A stretch of 64,000 bases of DNA from Sphyrna mokarran (lineage: Eukaryota), in NCBI GenBank assembly GCA_024679065.1, contig JAGIQG010000011.1:41478001-41542000 (forward strand), given 5' to 3'. A model generated the notes under the pieces. That model ran no database searches, was not told the DNA's origin, and worked only from the letters and a program-made list of their open reading frames with translations. The position numbers were made by a program, and so were the translations under genes. Positions 53,201 through 64,000 of the stretch are shown here, in pieces (the first letter of the stretch is position 1; every line of letters starts with the position of its first letter).

Positions 53201-56200
53201 AGCGAGCACATGGTCAGCTGTCTTTGATTTTGAACGTTTTTGGGGAGGTATTTGCAATTCTAATATTAATCTTGAATTTTTATACCTCTCCAAAAACATG
53301 TTACAGATATTACTGTTTTTTTCATGTTTGCTACATTTAAATACACTATGAAAAATATTGCTTTCCTTTTAACCGATTTGAAATGTATCTGTTGTGATTT
53401 GCAGGTCTCCCAAATTGCTATAGTGGAGCGACAGCAACGCCTAGTGGATAATGAAGTGAACTGCGACTGAAGTGGAACAGGGCTACTTTGATTTTTGTGT
53501 GGGAATCATTTAAGAATCAGTTAATATACTTGTAAGGTACATGACATAAAAGGTCCATTAGATCTCAATAAATGTTTTTAAAAATTGCTTTATGTAAAAA
53601 TGATTCAGAATTGTCAGTGCAGTTTGCCTGATTAGCCTTGCACTATTTTAGCTTAGCAATCAGCATTCTTCAGTGAAAGCATAGCGGTTCAAAAAGTTAA
53701 GACTTTTTGAAACTTTACGCACTTGCTATTTGAAAGGAAGCAGTCGCCTAACTCTATGCCAATTCTCTAACGACTCCTTAAAACAAATATAAATTAAATT
53801 AATTGATTGCATATATATGTTATATATTATTAAAGATCAAATAATTTGAATAAAAGCGGGGATGGGGGGAATAGGTGACTGCACGTGTATACAGAGACAA
53901 AGAGAGTAGCAGAAATGCAGATTATTAGCGACTACTCAATATGTGGAAAGATTTAAATATGTTTTCTATAGGTTGAGAATAGTATTTCCTGCCTGCTGTT
54001 TCTACACTTTTAAAATTTATGGATACATTTGTTTGCACACGTAAGCGAGATGAGAAACATTTGTTTGGAAATACAAAACTAAATACATCCATAAAACGGA
54101 TGCTGTGTTCAATTTAGTTTCCAGCAGCAAGCCTGTGATACATATTCGCCTATCCACCGTTTGCATCTTGCATGATAAAATATTTTGAACGTAAGTATTA
54201 TTTCTTTAGAGCTCTGTTTTACTTTTTATCGCATGACTCATCAGCTAATGAAGCAACCCTGTAGATTTTCGCGTTATTGTTATTTAATTGGGCACGCGGA
54301 TTAATATTACATGTAATTTTTCCGTACATCCAAATGTATTTCATTTCATTGCACTTCTTGCATGTATGTTTGGGAATAGGTACGATTGTCCAGACTCAAA
54401 CGACAAAGCGGAATTAATTGTCTTCGTTCCTTTAACTAGCGTCTGAGTTTTTGTTTGTCGTCAACAGACAAAACATCTGAATTGGCTGATTTCAAAGAAG
54501 TCTGTAATTACATGAAAAAAACTATAAAGTCATTAAGGTCAGGCGTCTAGCCAGTAGTGGGGGTTTATTGTACCCATCCCTTCCGGTTCTGAAGTACTGT
54601 ATGTAGAATGGTGGCAATAGATGGCGTTGCAATTCAACACCTCCTGAGCAGTAAAGTTTTCAGAGGATCCTCCAAAAAGAATGAAGTTCTAGTTTTATGA
54701 GGGCGTGCAATTGTTTTCAGCTTGAAATAGTGACGTGAAGTAAAATTAACCTGTCTGTGTTCAGCACCCATTTATGTATACAGTTGTAATAAATCCCTGC
54801 CCAGTGGCTTGCCAATAATGTGTACTTTGCTGTTTATTTTTGTACCTTTAACTAATATACCAAGTGTATTTGCAACAATGAATCATTCCAGCGTGCTCCG
54901 CGTCGGATACCCGCGATAATAATAAATAACATTGTTCAAACAACAAGTGAAACTATAAAACATCTCTGTGCACAGGAGGCTGGGGAGAACTTCCTTCCAA
55001 TAGATATCTAGTCATATTGCAAGCAAATAAGCAAATGCTTTGATAAAAGCACGATTTTGTTTTCAAAGATGCCTTGATCCACATTATCCATAAAATACAT
55101 GTGTGCCAGCATGTGCTTAGTGGATAATTGCTAATTGCTGCAATCGAGAAAAGTCCAAGATTTCAGAATTGTTTTCATAATTTATACAGCCAGCGATCAT
55201 TTCCCACCAAGGGAGGTCAATGTTAGAGTGCTGATCAGCTCATTTGAACGAAATCCGCTTTGAACCATCGTGGTATTAACATCCAATTCAACAATACTGT
55301 TCCAGATAGAAATGGAGGAAATTTAAGGCCTGCTAAAGTACCATATTTCTTTGCAATCCCTCCTAAAATGGCTAACAGTTCACAGCCAGAGTTAATCGTA
55401 AATCATAAATGACTTTTCAAACAGTCAGCAAATCTGAAATGTTTATAAATTTTATTATTATCGTAACGAGGAAACGTGAGGTACAAAACCAACGGACAAG
55501 AGTGGAATTTTCTGCTTAGCCGTTTGATTTCTGTAACACAGCGTGTTTTTTTTTAAATTATCACAACTATGGCAGCTATTAAATAGTGCAGAGGACCTGG
55601 GAGTAAGTCCAAAACTACTGTGATCTTGTATTTGCTCACATCTTCCTTGTATTAATTACATTGGATTTGATTTACGTAATGATCCAAATAACGGCATCTT
55701 TATGACAGTATTGAAATGGACACAATAAACACTAAAGCAGGTCATATTCACTTGCCACTAAAATAAGCTTGCTTCAGATTGTCCCAAACGCACAAGAAAG
55801 ATGTTCGCGGATGTTGGAAAAGTAACAAAGTTTCGAACATCTTTCTATTTATCTGTGTCCCTTCCTTAAGGTGCCTATCGCTTAATGACACGTTCAGGTT
55901 ATTCCAGAAATGTGCTTTCTCGCCGTGACTATGAGGCTCTGCTAATTTCACATGGAATATTTTAAATAAATAGTACATTGGCATGACATCCTTTATCAGC
56001 ATAGTGATAGTGCCATTGCACTTGTAAATAACTGCATAATGTACAGACACTGGTGCTTTTATTATATTTCACCCAGTAACCAGCAGACAAACTGAATAGA
56101 AGGACAAAGGGTATGTATTTCTCTACATTTCTATCTGAATGAGACATAACACTACAACGGAAACACAACAATTTACAGGTTGCACAACTAAAGAGACTGT

Positions 56201-56499
56201 TGAAGTATGCGTGCTTTATTCATGTACAAAACAAATATATTCTAATGATAGTGTCAACCTTTTATCGCAATACAACCAATGTGCTGACATCAGTTTAAAT
56301 TCCGTTTAATGTAACGAAGTAGCAGCAAATCAGGGAGTCTCTACACAAATGTAAGTTGTTTATACACAGAATTGCTCCGGAGCAGGACAACACTGGGAAA
56401 CATAGACCGTGCTTTGAGTAGGCACCACTAGATAGACAAAACACTTTGTACACAGTCTGTTGAATTTCCAGATCTATCGCTTAAAGTACGGATGACCAC

Positions 56500-56741
56500 T
56501 TAAGGCTCTTCGTTATTTTTCACTTTGTTCATCTTTTTCATTTTCATTCTTCTGTTCTGAAACCAAATCTTTACCTGTCTTTCGGTAAGATTTAAAATTC
56601 TAGCAACTTCATAACGCCGGTCTCTGGTGAGATACATATTAAATAAAAACTCCTTTTCTAATTCAAGCGTCTGGTACTTGGTATAAGGGCAACGTTTCTT
56701 CCTGGTAGAGCGAGCGTGGATCCAGTTTATAGCTGGGTGAT
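56500..56741 (-). CDS. hoxd9: HoxD9 exon 2 (homeobox); spliced protein 265 aa
   Basis: Acceptor CTTCTAG|AT at 56742/56741. [56 protein letters not shown]. Confidence 0.95.
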
Positions 56742-57297
56742 CTAGAAGGAATGGGGGAGGGGGTAAAAAAAACAAGAATTAAAAATCTGAACATTTCCTG
56801 GATATCTTCCGCTGGATTTCAAACATCTTCGAGAATTTCCACAATCATAACAATATGAATCAAAGTTGCAGTTCTCTTTTCCCACTGCGTACTTGTCAAG
56901 TTCAGGGAGGTTTCATATATTAACGAGTTGAGAAAGCGATTGATTTCAGTTTGTTTGGAGTTCTTTTGAAATTGGTTGTTACAAAATTGGGAGAAAAATA
57001 GAATGGAAAAATAGCAGATGAAAATGTTTAAATTAGAAAAAAGTTATTTCACCTCCGACTTTCCGATGGTGCTACACGATGTAACGAGAAGGAATACATC
57101 AACGTTTTACAGTCTTGTCAGACATACATTTGTGTGTAAAAATTCCCTGTAAACAATATAAACTCTTCACTGCTGTCTGTGCGTTTTCAGACTTGGGGAG
57201 GCGTCTAGACATCTTTATAGGTTTGTAAAACCATCAGCTTTGCACACTCGGGTCTACAGGTTCGGGTTGTAAATCAAGCTGCAATTTTTGCACTTAC

Positions 57298-57853
57298 TTG
57301 GGTCAAGTTGCTGTTGTTTCTCCTCCTTGTGCTCACTGTTGCTCGCCGTTTCGGAGCTGCTGCAGCCAATCTCCTTGGGAACCTTTTCCCTACACTCTGG
57401 GTAGGAGCCGCACGTAAATTCTGGCAGGCTGAGGGTTTGCAGCTCAAAGGAAGAACACTCAGTCCTCTTGGCTGATAAAGTTTCTGGCTTGATCCCGTAA
57501 TGTCGGCCGTTGGGATGGAATCCGGGGAAAGGGACTGAGCTGGATAGTGGTTCTAACCAGGAGCGGACGTATCTGTTGTCCCCAGCCGCAAGATGCGACT
57601 GATGCATGTACGGGTGATAGATTCCTGCAACGGCGGCAGAGGGCTGAGGATGGACGGGAGACCAGGGATTAGAAAATGCGGCTGACTTGGGGGTAAAACT
57701 GCAGGAAGAGAAATCTGAACTGTCTGCTACACCTGGCGGCCTTGAAGCAGTGCTGTGTGATCCTTGAGCATATCTGGCCGCGTATAAGTCCTCTGTCTCC
57801 TGACCTATCAAAGAATCAACATAATAGTTCTGTATAGTGCCACCGGTCGACAT
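57298..57853 (-). CDS. hoxd9: HoxD9 exon 1
   Basis: ATG at 57853 gives MSTGGTIQNYYVDSLIG...RYVRSWLEP...HYGIKPE...QQLDP. An in-frame upstream ATG sits at 57874. Donor CCAA|GTAAGT at 57298/57297. Confidence 0.93.
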
Positions 57854-57939
57854 TTTAGGTTCTCTCGCTTTCATAGAAAAGGTTACACTGGAACGTGTAT
57901 CTGATACCTTCACTCAGAACAATCATAGTATTTTGCCGA

Positions 57940-57995
57940 CTACAGTTGCAGCTATTGGTTGCGGGTCTCACGTGATTGTATTTACCAATACAGCG
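57940..57995 (-). promoter_or_regulatory. HoxD9 proximal promoter
   Basis: CACGTG (57969-57974)-N10-CCAAT (57985-57989), about 115 nt before the ATG. Confidence 0.6.
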
Positions 57996-60900
57996 AGTAA
58001 ATCAGTCCGCTCATCTGTCTGACCACAACTGGGCCTGGCCCAGCTTTTAATGAAATATATATTATATATATATATGTATATTTTAACAACGCCTTAGCAA
58101 TGGGCAAAACAAAATCACTTGATCAGGATCGCTGGAGTCCTTCTGCTGGAGCCAAAGGAACAATCTCTCCAAATGCGGTTCAAACAGCGGCTGGAGAAGC
58201 AGGGGACTATTTTCCCTGTAAGCTAATTAATGTCTGTCACTCATTTCATAATCAGTAGTGCGGAGTCCATGATCTATGTCAAGAGCAAATATCTGTTAGC
58301 TTAGTGCAATAAAGCGACAAGAAAACACCTTCGAGGTACGTCGGTGTTTTTATATTGTATATTCCCTTGTTTAGAGAAGAGCTTTTACAGACCATTGACT
58401 GACTCCCTCCCATAAAAAAGAGTAAACGAGATGTTGTAAAACCAAGGGTTTGAGCTACTTTTTTTTCAAATCCGGAATACAAGAACTTGCAGTTTCCTTT
58501 CCACTCTTCCAATGTTCTTCGGCTAATATTTTAACTTGTTTCAAATATCACCGCATTTGAAGTAAAGGCTTCGTCGCCCCTTTATAGTCTGTACTCAGAA
58601 GCCACCATAAATGCTTTTATGTCTATCAATAAAATTTTTATGAGGTGCATTTGATTATACATTAATGTGTCTTTAATAAAACAGGCCTCTTTTGGCATAG
58701 TAAAGTATGCCTAACCAAAACTGGGCTCCAAAATGTTCCCACATAGGTGCAAGTACTCCAGCCTATAAATATATTTCTCTCTCATTGCCTGTTAACAGCG
58801 ATTCAGTGTACCAGTGTGTACAAAAGAGAGGAGTGTACCGATTGACTGGAACACCAATTCGGCCAGCTCCAATGCCGCGCCTCAATGCCCTCGCTAGTCA
58901 ATACCATGAAGGAATTGCAGTGAGTCTAGGGGTAAAAATGGAAAAGTTTGAGTTGGTTCCGAGTTTTAAGGGACGCTACGATTAAACAGTTGCAGAAAAA
59001 CAGCGTGTTTCTTCAGATGACACAGTCTGTGACCGTCCACCATGACACCAAACAGACAAAACCTCGTTTGTGATGAAAGAAATGTTTAGTTCTACATGTA
59101 AAAAAAACTAGGCATTTTTAGTTTGACTTCTTTCTTTTTCACATTGAACTTTTTTTTTCTTTTGAATGGTGAATAACTGCGCAGTAATCTTGGCATTCAC
59201 CATGACTACATTACAGTCATTGATACACCTCACCGACCTTTCAGAATACACAACTTATTCAAAAATACTCCATTCTTATCGGCTCATTTTTCTTATTTAT
59301 TGATGAGCAGATACTTTATTATTTGTCACCTCTGCAATATAAACGAAGAGGAAATCGGCTTAATATAGAGTGGCGAATGATCAAAATCTAAAGATCAGCA
59401 GAGCCAGAGGATAAGGCACGTCAGTGAGTGTTCAAGTCGACTTTACGACAATATGAACCGTCCTATATTATTTATTACTGCCTCATCTTAACGCGTTGAA
59501 GTCACTTTACTGAAATAACTTGTCATAATTAAAGGAATAATTTTAAATTCCATTTTGCCAAATGCAATTCATCCCGATTTAAGATGATGCAAATAATAAT
59601 CTTCCGGAATTTAGACAGCAGGCAAGCCACACAGATTTAAGTGAGTGGTTTTCGCAAGATGCCAGTTTTGGTTAAATTGAAAGAATAGGGGCACATTCTT
59701 TGCTGTTGTGCAATGCCATTTACAAATGGAAAATACTCCTTTCTTCGCTATGAATTACTTTAAGGATAAAGAATGAAATTTACGCTGCAGTTTGCGCTGT
59801 GATTCTTCTAGCTAAGCCAAAAACACGTTTCCTTTTACGATTATTTAAATAAAGCGTAAATAAATCCAATTTTTGGAACTTTCAGGTTTATCATGTTTAC
59901 TGCATTTCATATAAGGAAATGCCGCCGGTAAGCTCGTTCGTTGGCTGCCATTTTACACCAGTTCAAATAATAGTTAGTTTTTTTTACAGAATTAAAAATG
60001 GTTACGATTAACTAGCAATCGCTGTTCTCGTCCCTCAACACAGAAACTTCGAGAACACGTTTGCAATTTAAACGTCGGATGAATAGGGTATTAATGCAAA
60101 TGATTATTTTCTTTGTGAATTCCCTGTAGTAATGCAGAAAAAAAAGTAGTTTCGAATATTTTGAGCATTTACAAAATTATGCGAGAGAAACCATTATTTT
60201 GAATGCAATTATTATCAAAGATAAGTAACTACTTTCATTCGGTAGTAACTTTAACCCGATTAATTGATTTTGATTTAATTAATTTTCTTGTTTGTACATA
60301 CAAAGACAGTTGTTAAAACGAAATGGGGAGATTGTATGCTTCTGTGGCTTATTCAAGACAAAATAATTTAAATGTGGTATTCATGGGATTGTAATTTGAA
60401 ACAAATATTATGATAATCGCTGCAAGATTTGCGTTTTGCATTGTGGAAAAACAATCCTTTATTTCAAACTTGGACTTGATTCAGCTGATGGCTTGCGTTT
60501 AATTTGGTTTCATTTTTCGATGCGTTTCCTCAATGATCTTGCACATTCTGTCATTTTAAATCTTTCAGGTCTATCCACCTGTGTAAAGTCTTGTAAACGC
60601 GCCGCCACGTTGTTTAATTTAACGACCATATAATGTTTGTGACACCAAGTGTATTCGAAGAATTTTAGCAATTTTGATCCACAGTAAATGTCCAGTGCTT
60701 TGTCACTATCATATCCATATATTTTGTCAGCTCTTATTTAGGCTATTTCATATACTTAGACGACAAAGATTAGCAGCTCGGTAAATTTCAAAAAGACTTG
60801 CATCTGCAAATACAAAATGTCAATTTGCCTCTTGAAACGGTTTATGAATTGAAATGAACCTTCTCCATTAAAAATAATGCATTCAACTAAGCTATTAACC

Positions 60901-61561
60901 AGCCATTCTTTTGGGTCCACTCTGTGCTTATGGAGCTATAAATAGATTTTGTTTGCATCTATTAAACTTAGATTAAGGAATTCCATACTATTAATATCCC
61001 TGCAGAAATAATACGAAACTATGTGTAATTCGTTACCTTGTCTGCTAAAAATATTAAAGACCTCATCATGTTACTAAAATTATTTCCCTTTTTTTATTGC
61101 CGCGAGTGACATTTACAAGATACAGCTGTGCATCCTAAAAGAAGGGAGCACTGAATTCAGCCCTCACTGCAACCACATATTCTCAACGTTTCGTGTGGAT
61201 CATAATAACACGTGAGCTTAACAAACACTATTTGCACTGACCATGTCAAAATAACTAGTCTTCAATGCGTTGCTTCTATTTATTAACGCCAAGGACGTAA
61301 TGAGAACAGTAGTTTTGATATCCTGGTTAAGATCAAATCCAAATAAATAAATAACCAAGTACCGAACAGTGCATTTTTTTTCGTTCATAAAGCAGAATTA
61401 TTATTTCCTTATGTATTTCTACCGGACACCTTAATGTTTAAATTATAATTTCCAATTGTTAATTTAGATATTTCCCACTGGTCGAAGACTTAACGCTAAT
61501 AAACTTAGCTTCCTATAGAGACAAGCAACAACTCCAAAGTGGCAAAGCATAAATAAATATG

Positions 61562-61696
61562 TAACAAAAACAGAAAATATTGGAAAAACTCAGCAGGTCA
61601 GGCAGCATCCGTGGAGAAGGAAACAGATTGATTGACCTGAAGTTTTAACTGTTACTCTCTCCACAGAGGTTGCCTGGCAGACAGAATATTTCCAGC
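61562..61696. mobile_element. Elasmobranch short inverted-repeat (MITE-like) element, internally deleted
   Basis: Left arm TGGAAAAACTCAGCAGGTCAGGCAGCATCCGTGGAGAAGGAAACAG pairs imperfectly with right arm CTGTTACTCTCTCCACAGAGGTTGCCTGGCAGACAGAATATTTCCA. Resembles an abundant shark palindromic repeat. Confidence 0.65.
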
Positions 61697-62525
61697 TGGT
61701 CGGTTGAATGTTACGGGGAACGTAATGTACTGAAGAATGAGGGAAGGAATTCGAATTTATCTCTACATTACATGATTTGATTCTCAACCTTTAAAGTAAT
61801 GCGTGAAGTATTATGCTTGCTGTTGTTAAATCACCTTATTTGAACTGCCCATGAGTAACTTATCAATTTTGCCTACGGCCGTTGGCGAATGGTTCCCAGA
61901 TTGAAGAAGTTGATATCTAATTTAGGATTTATCGTTTATATTTATATTTATATATTTATATTTATATATATACGTGCAACAGACACATGCATATAAATAG
62001 ACATGAAAATTTGCATCACGATGCATCACATACTCCAAAATGTACCTAAGAACTTCTTCTATAGATCTGATTATTTTAACACTACTGTATATGGGCCACT
62101 GTTTAAAGAGTATCTCTGTAATAAATTCAAATCGTACGTTCTAACGCGGTTGCTCATGGTATTGCTACATCTGATTTGCAATTGCTAAACAAATTATTTT
62201 TTTTCCTGAATGTAATGGTTTTGTAAGAGGTGATGGCCTGGTGTACAGTACGCTTGCCCGAATAGCTGTAGCGTGTAAAATTACTGAAGATCTATTTCTA
62301 AACAAAGTAAATAATTTGCCCTGCATTAGATAGGACAATTTCTTAGAAAATATTCTTGTTAACGTAAACTTGCTAATTCATACTTTCAAACAACCATAAC
62401 ACTAAAATAGTCAAATCAGAATAGTAACAATATCCCAGAGTGGACAAACTGCAGGGTTCCAAGGTCCCCACTAAACCGTCACAGTATCAAAGGTGTCGGA
62501 TCACGGTGGAATCCGTATCCCCCGC

Positions 62526-62797
62526 TCATGAGAAAGTGAGGTTAGTGGTCAGTTCTCGAATTCGGGTTTCTCTGTTCATTTTCTTCAGCTTCATCCTACG
62601 ATTTTGAAACCAGATCTTGACTTGCCTGTCGGTCAGATTCACGCTCTTACTTATCTCTAGACGGCGCTCACGAGTCAGATACATATTAAATAAAAACTCT
62701 TTCTCCAATTCCAGTGTTTGATATTTTGTATAAGGACACCTCTTCTTTCTTCCGCTCTTTGCTGTGAGCCAGTTGCTTACCGGGGTTTTCAGCTCTT
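62526..62797 (-). CDS. hoxd10: HoxD10 exon 2 (homeobox); exon 1 lies beyond the window
   Basis: Acceptor TTACTTCTGATAG|AA at 62798/62797. [58 protein letters not shown]...[12 protein letters not shown], with a HoxD10-type LTFS end. Confidence 0.93.
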
Positions 62798-64000
62798 CTA
62801 TCAGAAGTAAGAAACGAGAGATGAGATTTTAGCAAATATGTCCCTACGACAACTGAACTTCAAATCAGTTTCAGCCAGAGTAGCTCTACGCAAAATTACC
62901 CCTTCAAATTATACACAGACCGCAGCGATACGCTCTTTACATTTTATCAAATCGTCCAACAAAGATACACATAAACTGATGCGATTTAAAGAGAAAATCA
63001 GTGACTAGATCAAGGGAGCTAAAAATATGCTTTAGCAGATTGACAAATAATGTTACACCATATACCATTTATTGTAATGCACATTTTGAGACAGGTTTCT
63101 TGATGAATTATAAAATATATGCCAGGCCGATTTAAGATGCACTGAAAACAGACAATTTGTTAATATTGGATGAGTAGTAGGCAATACCATTACTTGTGAA
63201 TGGAATCTAACGCTACGGGTTGCAATAGGAGTTTCACCAATAGGTCGTTTTTCAACTTCATAGCCTAAATTTACAGATTGTGAAATTCTGACAATATAAA
63301 CGTATGTGGCCATGATAATAATTCCGGAGGTAAATCTTAAGCTATTAAACATACTACCGCTGCCTCTTATCGAGCAGGTTAATTGGAATTTATGTGCTAG
63401 TATGTACTATATGTGCCGGTAGTATTTCACATTCTTCGAATGAAACTTTTATTTCTGGGTAGAGTATATCTTATATGAGTATATCTTATATATCTAACAA
63501 ACTGTTCAAGGGAAAGTTACAATTCTTCTACAGACCAAGCCTTTCTCACTCACCATCTCCAAGACAACAAATGATGCAAATAACGCTTTTATTTCACAAT
63601 ATCCGAGCCTGTGCCGTGCTGCTAAATATATACGCAGTTGCTTTTAATATGCTGCATGTCGTGTATGGCACCAAACGTTTCATATTGTATCTTAGAGCTC
63701 GCCAACGCCAAGATGAAACTATTACTGTTATACTGACATCTGTAAATGATTTGCTAGTCTTTACTACGTCATTAACAATTTCATGGAATTGTTGGCCACA
63801 TTTTCCAACAACTCGTTGTAATAAAAGGAAATTGTCCTTTTATTCAAACTTATGCAGACTTGGCGATCAGGGGCACACAGAACTTGCCAAACATATTACC
63901 ATGGTAAAGTTACGTAGTGGCTATGCAAGTTTTTGCATCCGCTTTACGATGCTGCCATGTTCATATTAAATCTTTTAAATGCTCACCTTTAGTCTCATTG

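Noticed and set aside
54256-54266. ACCCTGTAGAT, matching the 5' half of miR-10a
   Set aside because: No hairpin or star arm, so not a second miR-10 gene. As a target site it lies about 2 kb beyond the likely HoxD9 poly(A) signals.
58130-58222. Faint CR1-like fragments (also near 41280)
   Set aside because: Too short and degenerate to call without a repeat search.
63475-63969. 164-aa plus-strand ORF
   Set aside because: Antisense within the HoxD10 intron; no recognisable domain.

Overview
This is eukaryotic DNA: the anterior-to-central part of a vertebrate HoxD cluster, with all genes on the minus strand. From left to right it holds HoxD2, HoxD3, HoxD4, miR-10b, HoxD5, no intact Hox6 or Hox7, HoxD8, HoxD9 and the homeobox exon of HoxD10. 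HoxD1 and HoxD10 exon 1 lie outside the window. Intact HoxD2 and HoxD5 together with shark-type SINE fragments point to a cartilaginous fish, probably a shark. All six complete genes splice in phase 1 into open reading frames. Recognisable regulatory elements include three DR5 RAREs, the Hox4 HB-1 intron element, a CTCF site 5' of HoxD5 and a near-perfect miR-196 site in the HoxD8 3' UTR. The most interesting unexplained structure is a fixed-spacing E-box-N10/11-CCAAT(or CCAG) promoter motif. It precedes five Hox ATGs and also occurs at four orphan positions. One orphan is a relic HoxD7 promoter and 5' UTR with its ATG lost. The other three are followed by strong splice donors, suggesting nested non-coding leader exons that splice into anterior genes. 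Homology calls come from motif recognition and recall; no database search was run.
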